Counted from the stretch's first letter, positions 9,210 to 18,908 are shown. The stretch: DNA of 64,000 bases from an uncultured Actinomycetes bacterium (GCA_963820845.1 CAWGBO010000006.1:137838-201837); one strand, 5' to 3'. The notes: a model not told the origin generated them from the letters alone. Numbers and translations: made by a program.

Positions 9210-10589
9210 CTAGGGCGCGACGCCCGTGGTGGCTGCCGCGATCTCCTCGTCGATCTGCCCCTCGCCCGGTCCCTTCCGCCGTTCGTGCAGCACCTCGATC
9301 GTGATGTACGAGATCACGACCGCGACGATCACGAGCGGGGCGACGGCGATCCCGGCGCTCGACGTCAGGAGGAGGGCGAGCACGACGGACGAGAGCGGGA
9401 GCCGGAGCACCGAGACGGCGCCGATCGCGATCAGCACCGCCACCGCCTGCGTCTCGGCGAACCCTGGCAGGTGCGCCGCGAGCAGCCCCGCCGCCGAGCC
9501 GAGGAACAGCGCGGGGAACGTCGGGCCGCCGCGGAAGCTGCCGAGCGAGATGCTCCACGCGATTCCCTTGAACAGCAGCAGGAGCCAGAGGGTGGACAGC
9601 GCCAGGGTCGGCGCGTCCTTGAACAGCGACCCAAACGCGTCCTGACCGGAGAAGAGGACGGCGTCGACCGGCTGCCCGGTCGTGTGATGGAAGAGGATCG
9701 CTAGGCACGCGACGGCGAGCCCGGCCACGGTCGTGAGCAGGAACGGCCGTGACTTGACGACACGTTGCACCAGCCCTGCGACCTCGACGATCGCGAACAC
9801 CACGAACGGGACTGCGAGCGCGAGCGCGATCGTCCACCCGAAGTCGGCGAAGTCGGGGCCGGGGTACGGCGGCAGCGACAGCGGGGTCAGCGCATAGGCG
9901 CTCGTCGAGAGGCCCGACCAGCTGCCGAGCCCGATGAAGACGAGCGCGCCGATCCCGGAGGCGAGCAGGCCGGGAAGGAGGATCACGGGCAGCATCGCGC
10001 CGCCGATCCCGGCGGCCTCGATCACGATCACGGCGCCGATCACCGGCGAGCCGAAGATCGACGAGATCGCCGCGAAGCTGCCGGCGGCCGCGAGGATCGC
10101 CAGCACCGGCTGCGGCGCGTCCTTGTTGACGAGGCGAATCGCGAAGATCGCGAGCCCCGCGCCGAGCGCGATCAGGGGTGCCTCCGGGCCGAGCACGAGC
10201 CCGAGCCCGAGCGTCGCAATCGCCGCGAGCAGGATCCCGGGGAGCTCGATCGGCTGGGCGGGGCCGCCGCCTGTCTTGAGCCCGTCAGCGGGCTCGTGGC
10301 CGCCGTGGCCCGGCAGCCGCACGATCGCGAACGCGGTCACCAGGCCGGCCAGGGCGAGCACCGGCAGCGACCACCACGACGGAGTGCTGTCGAAGCCGAG
10401 CTCACCCGGGAGCGCGACGAACACCCAGTGCTGCAGCTCGTGCACTCCCTCGAGGAACGCCCACGACGCAATCGAGACGAGCAGCCCGACCGCCGCCGCG
10501 AGGACCAGCAGGGCGCGATAGCGCCTGCTCCGGATCAGCGAGCCGGGATCGACCGGAGGCGCGGCTGGATCGTTCATAGCGACGACCAT
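9210..10589 (-). CDS. ClC-family voltage-gated chloride channel protein
   Basis: 459-aa polytopic protein with ClC-like motifs GPEAPLIALGAG, GSPVIGAV and GGPTFPALFLG. Confidence 0.75.
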   Translation of the reverse strand: MVVAMNDPAAPPVDPGSLIRSRRYRALLVLAAAVGLLVSIASWAFLEGVHELQHWVFVALPGELGFDSTPSWWSLPVLALAGLVTAFAIVRLPGHGGHEPADGLKTGGGPAQPIELPGILLAAIATLGLGLVLGPEAPLIALGAGLAIFAIRLVNKDAPQPVLAILAAAGSFAAISSIFGSPVIGAVIVIEAAGIGGAMLPVILLPGLLASGIGALVFIGLGSWSGLSTSAYALTPLSLPPYPGPDFADFGWTIALALAVPFVVFAIVEVAGLVQRVVKSRPFLLTTVAGLAVACLAILFHHTTGQPVDAVLFSGQDAFGSLFKDAPTLALSTLWLLLLFKGIAWSISLGSFRGGPTFPALFLGSAAGLLAAHLPGFAETQAVAVLIAIGAVSVLRLPLSSVVLALLLTSSAGIAVAPLVIVAVVISYITIEVLHERRKGPGEGQIDEEIAAATTGVAP

Positions 10590-10625
10590 AACCTGCTCCC
10601 CCGGCGCCGCGGCGCTTTCAGGCCT

Positions 10626-11024
10626 CTAGCCGGCGGCGTACTCCTCGTCGGTGACGTGGGCGCCCCAAGTCGCGCTGTTCCCCTCCTCGTCGACCTGCAC
10701 CATCGCGAGGTGCGCCATGAACCGCGTCGCCGTCGCGCCGTGCCAGTGCTCCTCGCCCGGCTCGAAGAAGACGCGGTCGCCCGGGCGGATCACCTCGACC
10801 GGGCCTCCGCGCCGCTGCGCGTGGCCGACGCCTTCGAGGACGAAGATCGTCTGGCCGTTCGGATGCGTGTGCCAGGCGGTGCGTGCGCCGGGCGTGAAGT
10901 GGACCCAGTTAGCCATCAGCCGCGAGGCGCCCGACGGCGCCGCGACCGAGTCGATGTAGACCGCGCCGGTGAACCAGTCAGCCGGTCCCTGCGCGGTGTC
11001 ATTGCTGTTGTGCGTGATCTGCAT
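10626..11024 (-). CDS. cupin-domain protein
   Basis: Cupin motifs: HTHPNGQTIFVLEGVG ... PGDRVFFEPGEEHWHGA. Confidence 0.75.
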   Translation of the reverse strand: MQITHNSNDTAQGPADWFTGAVYIDSVAAPSGASRLMANWVHFTPGARTAWHTHPNGQTIFVLEGVGHAQRRGGPVEVIRPGDRVFFEPGEEHWHGATATRFMAHLAMVQVDEEGNSATWGAHVTDEEYAAG

Positions 11025-11887
11025 CGATCGTCTCCTCTTCGGATTCGAGTGTCGCGGTCCAGCTCGCGAGGAGGTTCAGCGCCTCCTCGGACTTCGACCC
11101 GGCCTCGGCGGTGTAGGCGAACATCGTGAGCCCCGGGTCGCCGACGAGCGTCATGGTCTCGTAGGTCAGCGTCATGTCGCCGACGACCGGGTGACGGAAC
11201 CGCTTGGTGCCGGTGTCGTGGCGGCGCACGTTGTGGGCGGCCCACCGGGTGCGGAACAGCTCGCTCCGGGTCGAGAGCTCGCCGACGAGGTCCGAGAGGC
11301 CGCGGTCGTACGGGTCCCGCCCGGCTTCGGAGCGGAGGATGGAGACCGAGTCGCTCGCGACCTGCTCCCAGTCGAGGTAGAAAGCGGGCGCGCGCGGGTC
11401 GAGGTAGACGAACCGGGCGGTGTTCGCGGGGCGGCGCGGGTCGGCGAACATCTCCGAGTAGAGCGCGTGCCCGAGCGGGTTGGCGGCGAGGATGTCCATG
11501 CGGCCGTTCCGCACGAATGCGGGCGCGGCGGTCATGGCGTCGAGCATCCGCTGCACGCTCGGCCGCACCCGCTGCGGGGCCGGGCGGCGCGGCCGCGCCA
11601 GTCGTCTGCGAGGCGCGGGCGAGGTCGAAGAGGTGGGCCCGCTCCGCGTCGTCCAGCTGGAGCGCGCGGGCGAGCGCCTCGAGCACCGTCTCGGAGACGC
11701 CGCTCAGGTTTCCGCGCTCGAGGCGCGTGTAGTAGTCCACGCTGACCCCGGCCAGGAGCGCGACCTCCTCGCGGCGGAGCCCCGGCACGCGCCGGGTGTT
11801 GCCGAAGGTGCGGAGCCCGGCCTGCTCGGGCGTGAGCTTCGCCCGCCGGGTGGTCAGGAACTCGCGGGTCTCGATTCTCGTGTCCAC
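10999..11887 (-). pseudogene. XRE-family HTH regulator with MmyB-like C-terminal domain, one apparent frameshift near 11570-11600
   Basis: N-terminus in one frame: FLTTRRAKLTPEQAGL...GLRREEVALLAGVSVDYYTRLERG. C-terminal domain in ORF 10999-11568: ILAANPLGHALYSEMF...FRTRWAAHNVRRHDTGTKRFRHPVVGDMTL. Confidence 0.65.
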
Positions 11888-11901
11888 GACGCCGAGAGTA
11901 G

Positions 11902-13542
<1,641 letters not shown>

Positions 13543-13594
13543 TAGCCGAGAGAGCTTGCGAAGCGGGTCGTGGTCCGCGACGGTAGCCACCACG

Positions 13595-14566
13595 ATGGAG
13601 TACACGCGCCTGGGGAATACGGGCCTGAAGGTGAGCCGGCTCGGGCTCGGCTGCATGAGCTACGGCGACCCGACCACGCCGAACGCCCACCCGTGGGCGC
13701 TCAGCGAAGACCTGGCGCAACCCTTCTTCCAGCAGGCCGTCGAGCTCGGCGTGACCTTCTGGGACACCGCGAACGTGTACCAGCTCGGCACCTCCGAGGA
13801 GATCGTCGGCCGCGCGATCAGCCGCTACTCCCGCCGTGAGGAGATCGTGCTCGCGACGAAGGTGCGGGGGTGGATGCACGACGGCCCCGGCGGCGAGGGC
13901 CTCTCGCGCAAGGCGATCCTCGAGCAGGTCGACGCGTCGCTGGCGCGGCTCGGCACGGACTACATCGACCTGTACCAGATCCACCGCTTCGACCCGGAGA
14001 CGCCGGTCGAGGAGACGATGAAGGCACTCCACGACGTGATCAAGGCCGGCAAGGCGCGCTACCTCGGCGCCTCCTCGATGTACGCCTGGCAGTTCGCCAA
14101 GCTCCAGCACGCCGCGGATCTCGGCGGCTGGACCCGGTTCGTGTCGATGCAGAACCAGTACAACCTCCTGCGCCGCCACGACGAGCCGGAGCTGATGGCG
14201 ATGTGCGGCGACATGGGAGTGGGCCTCGTCCCGTACTCGCCGAACGGGAAGGGCCGCCTCGCCCGCCCGGCCGGCGAGCAGAGCAACCGCTCCAGCACCG
14301 ACAAGGTCGTCCAGGCGTTCGACTCGCCCTACGACGAGCCCGTGATCAACGCGGTGCAGGCGCTCGCCGAGTCGCGCGGCGTGAGCATGGCCCAGATCGC
14401 GCTCGCGTGGGTCCTGCGCAACCCGCTCGTCTCGGCGCCGATCATCGGCGCGACCAAGCCGCACCACCTACCGGAGGCGGTCGCCGCGCTCGACCTGGAG
14501 CTGACGGACGACGAGGTGCAGGGGCTCGAGGCGCCCTACCACCAGTACGGCCCTTCCTGGTACTGA
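13595..14566 (+). CDS. aldo-keto reductase (intact)
   Basis: MEYTRLGNTGLKVSRLGLGCMSYG...FWDTANVYQLGTSEEIVG...ATKV...DYIDLYQIHRFD...GASSMYAWQ...IIGATKPHHLPEAV. Confidence 0.85.
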   Translation: MEYTRLGNTGLKVSRLGLGCMSYGDPTTPNAHPWALSEDLAQPFFQQAVELGVTFWDTANVYQLGTSEEIVGRAISRYSRREEIVLATKVRGWMHDGPGGEGLSRKAILEQVDASLARLGTDYIDLYQIHRFDPETPVEETMKALHDVIKAGKARYLGASSMYAWQFAKLQHAADLGGWTRFVSMQNQYNLLRRHDEPELMAMCGDMGVGLVPYSPNGKGRLARPAGEQSNRSSTDKVVQAFDSPYDEPVINAVQALAESRGVSMAQIALAWVLRNPLVSAPIIGATKPHHLPEAVAALDLELTDDEVQGLEAPYHQYGPSWY

Positions 14567-14567
14567 C

Positions 14568-14891
14568 TCAGGGGATCCGAACGTCCCGGTGCTCGGCCGC
14601 GGCGAGCCGCTCTTCCTCGGTCAGCTCGGACTGCCTGACCGGGGTCACGAGCGACCAGTGGCTGCCGACCGGGCAGCGCTGGAATCTCCACCAGGCGAGC
14701 CGAAACGACTTCACCGAGACTCCCGGAACCCAGATCGTCGTGAACAGATGGCCTGCACGGCACCGTACGACCACGTTCCCGGCCACTCCATACCCGCGCC
14801 GCTTGAGCACCACCACCTCGGGAAGCACGCTCGCCGCGGCGATGAGCAACCGACGGGCACGACCGCGCCTGTGAGGAGCGTCACTCTTCAT
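14568..14891 (-). CDS. hypothetical protein (107 aa)
   Basis: From ATG 14891: MKSDAPHRRGRARRLLIAAAS...RCRAGHLFTTIWVPGVSVKSFRLAWWRFQRCPVGSHWSLV. Possible Cys/His ribbon. The upstream part of the tracked ORF looks non-coding. Confidence 0.45.
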   Translation of the reverse strand: MKSDAPHRRGRARRLLIAAASVLPEVVVLKRRGYGVAGNVVVRCRAGHLFTTIWVPGVSVKSFRLAWWRFQRCPVGSHWSLVTPVRQSELTEEERLAAAEHRDVRIP

Positions 14892-15110
14892 GCAACGACG
14901 ATACCTCGCGGCGGGCTTCGTCGCGGCCGCGCCGGCGGTCTCGGCCACATTTGCCGGGGCACGCAACAGCTCACGATCGAAGGAGTCGCGCAGACCCCCG
15001 GCCCGGTCGGGCTGGAGGCATTCGAGACCCAGCTGCCGCCGATCGTCGCCGCCTCGTCGAGCCGCACCGTCTCGGGCTCGATGCCGGCGACGCGAGTGGC
15101 CGGGTGGTTC

Positions 15111-15187
15111 GGGCCGTTTCAGCCGGGCGCCGCCTCGGTAACGAAGAGCTGCTCGTGGAAGTTCGCCAGGGCCGCTACGCACAAGTG
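15111..15187 (+). repeat. 77-bp direct repeat, copy 1 (about 80% identical to 16188-16264)
   Basis: GGGCCGTTTCAGCCGGGCGCCGCCTCGGTAACGAAGAGCTGCTCGTGGAAGTTCGCCAGGGCCG... aligns without gaps to copy 2. Confidence 0.7.
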
Positions 15188-15236
15188 AGCCGGGTGGAAC
15201 CTAGCCGAGGATCGCGTAGTGCTAGCGTGACCAACC

Positions 15237-15572
15237 ATGACTGATCCTGTCTCGTGGCTGCAGATCGAGCAGGGGTGGAACGTCGTCACCTCGGACGGCG
15301 TCATGATCGGCACGGTCGCGCAGGTCGAAGGCGACAAGCAGAGCGACAACTTCGACGGCCTGGCCGTCGAATCGAGAGAGCCCGCACAGCTTCGCTATGT
15401 GCCGGGTGAGCAGGTCGGGGCGATCTATCCCGGCGAGGTGACCCTGAAGATCGCGTCCGCGGAGACAGGCACGCTCGAGCCGTTCCAGACGCCGCCGCCC
15501 GAGACGAAGTGGCTTCCGGGAAAGGCGCCGCTCTCGACCCGGATCTCGAACTGGCTGCACGGAAAGCGCTAG
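15237..15572 (+). CDS. hypothetical protein, PRC-barrel/DUF2171-like
   Basis: MTDPVSWLQIEQGWNVVTSDGVMIGTVAQVEGDKQSDNFDGLAV resembles PRC-barrel-type small proteins. This is a weak call. Confidence 0.45.
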   Translation: MTDPVSWLQIEQGWNVVTSDGVMIGTVAQVEGDKQSDNFDGLAVESREPAQLRYVPGEQVGAIYPGEVTLKIASAETGTLEPFQTPPPETKWLPGKAPLSTRISNWLHGKR

Positions 15573-15633
15573 GGCGCGTTCCCCGGACGTCCGTCCGATC
15601 AACGAACAGACGCCCGGGGTCACGCGCGCCGGT

Positions 15634-16092
15634 CTAGCGGCACTTGGTCTTGAACGAGCTGACGATCGCCGTCAGACGGGGAGTCTTGAGCTGGATCTGT
15701 TGGTAGGCCGTTGTTGCAGCCGACTTGTCGTTCTTCAGCGTCGCGGCTTCGAGGCTGTGGTAGTTGCCGACGAGAGAGTCGAAGCCTGCGCCGGCATTCG
15801 CGACCGCCGACGCGCACGGGCCGGACTGACCGGCCGCCTTCCAGAGAGTCTGCAGCGCGCCGTCGAGAACGTGGGCCTGTGTGTAGAAGGCGGTGTAGCT
15901 CTTCGACAGGCAGGCCTTCGACGTGCACTTCGAGGTAGCCGTATCGATGTTGCCGGTCGCAAGGCCGAGCTTGGCCACCTCGATGCCGACGTTGGCGACA
16001 AGGTTGGGCGGAGGTGTCTTGGCCACAGCCGGCAGCACCGCCGCGAGGGCAGCGATACAGGCAACGGCGAGGAGGGAGATTCGTTTTGTCAT
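15634..16092 (-). CDS. secreted hypothetical protein
   Basis: Signal peptide MTKRISLLAVACIAALAAVLPAVAKT. The mature part is helical with 4 Cys. No family recognised. Confidence 0.55.
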   Translation of the reverse strand: MTKRISLLAVACIAALAAVLPAVAKTPPPNLVANVGIEVAKLGLATGNIDTATSKCTSKACLSKSYTAFYTQAHVLDGALQTLWKAAGQSGPCASAVANAGAGFDSLVGNYHSLEAATLKNDKSAATTAYQQIQLKTPRLTAIVSSFKTKCR

Positions 16093-16187
16093 GGGCTGGT
16101 TATCGGGCCGGCGGCCTTCGGTCTTTAGGTGCAGGGGAGCCGAAGCCGGCGGTGGCGCGCGAGGTTCCAGTTCTTCGCCAGGGCGTC

Positions 16188-16264
16188 GGGCCGTTTCAAC
16201 CGACAGCCACCTCGATGACGAAGAGCTGCGCGTGGAAGTTCACCAGGGCCGGGACTAGAAAGTG
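16188..16264 (+). repeat. 77-bp direct repeat, copy 2
   Basis: GGGCCGTTTCAACCGACAGCCACCTCGATGACGAAGAGCTGCGCGTGGAAGTTCACCAGGGCCG... It lies at the left edge of the more AT-rich segment. Confidence 0.7.
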
Positions 16265-16326
16265 CTCTACGTGATCCTCAGAAGAGCTCGTTCCTACTCG
16301 AGCTAGTTCCGCGTCATCTGTAGCGA

Positions 16327-17376
16327 TTAGCTAGACGAGAGACTGCGGATCGCGTTCGCCCGTTCGGGCTCGCGTTCGAGCCAGCCCTCGATCCGCTCGA
16401 CGATTGATTCGCGCTCATAGTCGTGCAGTTTGGCAAGCTCCCTTTCGCTGTCGGGGCCGAACAGCGGTCCGCGCGCGTAGCTGAACTCGCCGGCGAGCTC
16501 GACCATCGCTGTCACCGCCGGCCCGGCCTGGATTGCGAGGGCAACGCCAACGTCTAGATCCAGCCCTTGGTTTCGCGCCCAAAGCGCGACAGCGCTCCAA
16601 TGCGCGATGTCGAGTTCTGCGTCCAGCTCGGTTTCAGGGTGCAATAGCAGCACGTCCGGCTTGTTCGCGAAACGCGCAAGCAGTTCAGTGAACGCCGAGA
16701 CGAGAGGCAGTATCGATTGCGCGTCCTGAACCGCCTGGGCGAGCTGCTCGGGATGAGCGGCCTGGACTTCGTTCCTGACAGAAATGATGGAGAACTGACC
16801 CAGCACGTCATCCAAAGCGCGCAGAGTCTCGTCGTCGAAGAGGTTGGCCACGATAACGCGGAAGCCAGATGCGGCCATGAGATCCCTCACCCAGCCGTCG
16901 CGTCGTCCGCTCAGGCCATCCACCATGTTCACGAAGGACGTTTCGTCGAAACCGGCCTCGTCAAGGTGCCGCAGCATCGCGCGGCCCGACTTTGTCGTCG
17001 AGAGCGAAGCCCTCATGGCCTCCCGCGACCGCGACTTCGAGATGGCTTTCGTCAAGGCGATTTCCACGCTGTCCAGGTAGGAGACCAGCGCGCGCTTCAC
17101 CGCTTCCGGCTTGATCGGCCATCCGCGTCCGAACAGAATCAGGACTGCGTCGCGCAGGCTGCGCCGTTGCCGCAGCACCTCATCGAGCGCCGCGGCCAGG
17201 TCGACCATCTCGGCGCCGTATCCGCTCTCTGATCCGCCGCCTCCGGGCCAGGTGCGTTCGGGCCTGATGATCTTCGCCTCGCGCCACCTCGCGGCCTGAC
17301 GCGGCGAGACGTCCCGCCCTCTTCGTTGCAGCTCTATTGCGAGATCGATCTCCGCATTACTCGGACTGCGCGGCAT
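16327..17376 (-). CDS. hypothetical all-alpha protein (349 aa), orphan
   Basis: Intact ORF in a visibly less GC-rich segment. No motif recognised (no P-loop, no nuclease signature). The N-terminal 40 aa are basic and could be DNA-binding. Confidence 0.55.
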   Translation of the reverse strand: MPRSPSNAEIDLAIELQRRGRDVSPRQAARWREAKIIRPERTWPGGGGSESGYGAEMVDLAAALDEVLRQRRSLRDAVLILFGRGWPIKPEAVKRALVSYLDSVEIALTKAISKSRSREAMRASLSTTKSGRAMLRHLDEAGFDETSFVNMVDGLSGRRDGWVRDLMAASGFRVIVANLFDDETLRALDDVLGQFSIISVRNEVQAAHPEQLAQAVQDAQSILPLVSAFTELLARFANKPDVLLLHPETELDAELDIAHWSAVALWARNQGLDLDVGVALAIQAGPAVTAMVELAGEFSYARGPLFGPDSERELAKLHDYERESIVERIEGWLEREPERANAIRSLSSS

Positions 17377-17474
17377 CCAGGCAGTCTAGAACAACCCGCG
17401 AGATTCGTCGGATTGGCCAGGGTCGCCGCCGGCCGCTGAAGTTTCGCGAAACGCAAAGAAGGAGGTGCAAGAAG

Positions 17475-17591
17475 ATGCAGTCAAACAACGGTTGGCTTCG
17501 CTTGATCGCCGCGCTTGCGGCGCTCGCGACACTAGCCACCTTCGTTGACGACCTCGGCAACGGCCGCCTGGACTGGGGCTTGCCGGAGTAG
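17475..17591 (+). CDS. 38-aa hydrophobic peptide (candidate small membrane protein)
   Basis: ATG 17475 has AAGGAGG about 9 nt upstream. Product: MQSNNGWLRLIAALAALATLATFVDDLGNGRLDWGLPE. It is divergent from the 349-aa gene, and below the ORF-track cutoff once the start is corrected. Confidence 0.4.
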   Translation: MQSNNGWLRLIAALAALATLATFVDDLGNGRLDWGLPE

Positions 17592-17645
17592 ACGACGGCC
17601 CGGGGTGTGCCGCCGCTGAGCCACCACGGTCGTGTCGGGCGTCTA

Positions 17646-17674
17646 TGGAGGCGGCGGCCGGAATCGAACAGGCG
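17646..17674. repeat. degenerate copy of the ssrA 3'-end att repeat (relic attachment site)
   Basis: TGGAGGCGGCGGccgGAATCGAACaGGCG versus TGGAGGCGGCGGGAATCGAACCCGCG at 18910-18935 and 24498-24523. The differences are a 3-nt insertion and 2 substitutions. Confidence 0.55.
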
Positions 17675-17734
17675 TCACCGGTCCGACGCGACGTCGTAAG
17701 GGATAGCCGGGGGTCAGACCCGGAAGCGGGTCTG

Positions 17735-17756
17735 CCCCCCCCCCCCCCCCCCCCCC
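17735..17756. repeat. C22 homopolymer tract, preceded by a 7-bp-stem hairpin (17715-17734)
   Basis: CAGACCC-ggaagc-GGGTCTG is immediately followed by 22 consecutive C, then GGGTCC. It lies 71 nt upstream of ATG 17827. Confidence 0.9.
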
Positions 17757-17826
17757 GGGTCCACGTTGCACAACCGGACATAAGCGCGGTGGAGCGAGCC
17801 GCGCGGCTCGTACACTTGTCGAGCGG

Positions 17827-18144
17827 ATGCCTGATCAATTCTTGTTTGACTCGAGCGGACAGTGGCTGGCTTTTCGAGTCGGGCGATACATCTTCGATAC
17901 ACAAGGCTCATGGATCGGCTGGCTGCCTTGGAACGACGAGACGGTGGTAGACACGAATGGACAGTATCTCGGCACGATCTTTCCTGGTAATCGGCTCTAC
18001 CGCGTTTGGAACCAGCCCTATCTGGGCTACCCCGGCTACCCCGGCTACCCCGGCTACCCCGGCTACCCCGGCTACCCCGGTTTTGCCGGGTACTCTCCTC
18101 TCCCACTCGGCGCGGAAGACGTAACGCTGTCGGAGGGTTCATGA
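17827..18144 (+). CDS. small beta-repeat protein with C-terminal (GYP)6 tract
   Basis: Three internal repeats: FDSSGQWLAF / FDTQGSWIGW / VDTNGQYLGT. They are reminiscent of '4-fold beta-flower'-type proteins. Then LGYPGYPGYPGYPGYPGYPGFAGY follows. The stop overlaps the next start (ATGA). Confidence 0.6.
   Translation: MPDQFLFDSSGQWLAFRVGRYIFDTQGSWIGWLPWNDETVVDTNGQYLGTIFPGNRLYRVWNQPYLGYPGYPGYPGYPGYPGYPGFAGYSPLPLGAEDVTLSEGS
18025..18078 (+). repeat. perfect 9-bp tandem repeat (GGCTACCCC)x6, in-frame inside the CDS
   Basis: Six identical head-to-tail copies encode GYP repeats. Confidence 0.95.
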
Positions 18145-18801
18145 GCTCGAAATTCGAGCACTTTCCAGCCGAACCGTCCCAGCCAGAAACGCGCCGCGCG
18201 TTCTTGATCATCAGCGGCGCGCACGCTTCGGCTTCGTCGTTTCTTGACGCGTACGACGCTCAGGACCAACCCGAAATCGACTCCGACGTTCGCGAGGACC
18301 TCTTGCGCGCGATGCTGATCTTTTCGGCCGCGGGCGTCGATTCAATGGCCAAGCAGTTGATCCAGGATGCTCTGCCGCAAGTTAATCCAGCTACAGATCG
18401 GCGCCCGCGAGAACCTACGAGCGTTCGTGGAGAGACGTCTATCTCGAGATGAGCGCTCATCTAATCGGCTGCTCGCTACCGCTCTGATCTCGCATGATCC
18501 GCGCGGCGAATTCATTCTTGAGCTAGTCCGCGAGCTGATCGATGGAAGCCTCCAGTCGGTCGAAGAGCTCTCACGACTTGCGTCGTACTTTGATATTCCA
18601 ACGGACGAGCTAATCGCTGATCACCGGTTCCTGACCGAGATCTTCGCGGCGCGGAACCAAATCGCACACGAGCTCGACGTTGATTTCAGCTTGGAGGATG
18701 GTCATCGTCGACGTCGAGATCGCGACACGATGTTCAGGTACGCAACTGAGCTGTTCCGAGTAGCCGACGCCCTCCTGACAGCGGTCGAACAAAGGGTTTA
18801 G
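18141..18801 (+). pseudogene. HEPN-domain protein (Rx4H motif; RiboL-PSP/Abi-like), one apparent frameshift near 18375-18395
   Basis: Frame A (ATG 18141) reads MSSKFEHFPAEP...AGVDSMAKQLIQDALPQ. Frame B continues LIQLQIGARENLRAFVERRL...FLTEIFAARNQIAHELD, where RNQIAH is the HEPN Rx4H motif. It is translationally coupled to the upstream gene. Confidence 0.6.
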
Positions 18802-18878
18802 CTGAACAACCTGCGCTCGTTCGCCGCGACCGACATGCGCGGGCGCGGCTCACTGCGGCTCGGCCCCCACGCGTCCCG

Positions 18879-18904
18879 CCGGAAAGTCCCTTCGGACTTT
18901 CCGG
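18879..18904. terminator. strong hairpin at the islet boundary (putative terminator)
   Basis: CCGGAAAGTCC-cttc-GGACTTTCCGG is an 11-bp perfect stem. It lies 78 nt after the HEPN stop and 4 nt before the att repeat. There is no U-tract. Confidence 0.45.
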
Positions 18905-18908
18905 CGTA

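Noticed and set aside
15081-15188. Small ORFs on either strand of the 77-bp repeat (for example ...GPFQPGAASVTKSCSWKFARAATHK* on plus, ...ALANFHEQLFVTEAAPG* on minus)
   Set aside because: Both frames are open only because their third positions coincide. Substitutions between the copies show no third-position excess. There is no convincing start or SD, and no similarity outside the repeat.
18025-18078. Short regularly repeated sequence as a CRISPR-like array
   Set aside because: The units are 9 bp, contiguous with no spacers, and lie in-frame within a CDS. No CRISPR array or cas gene was seen anywhere in the window.
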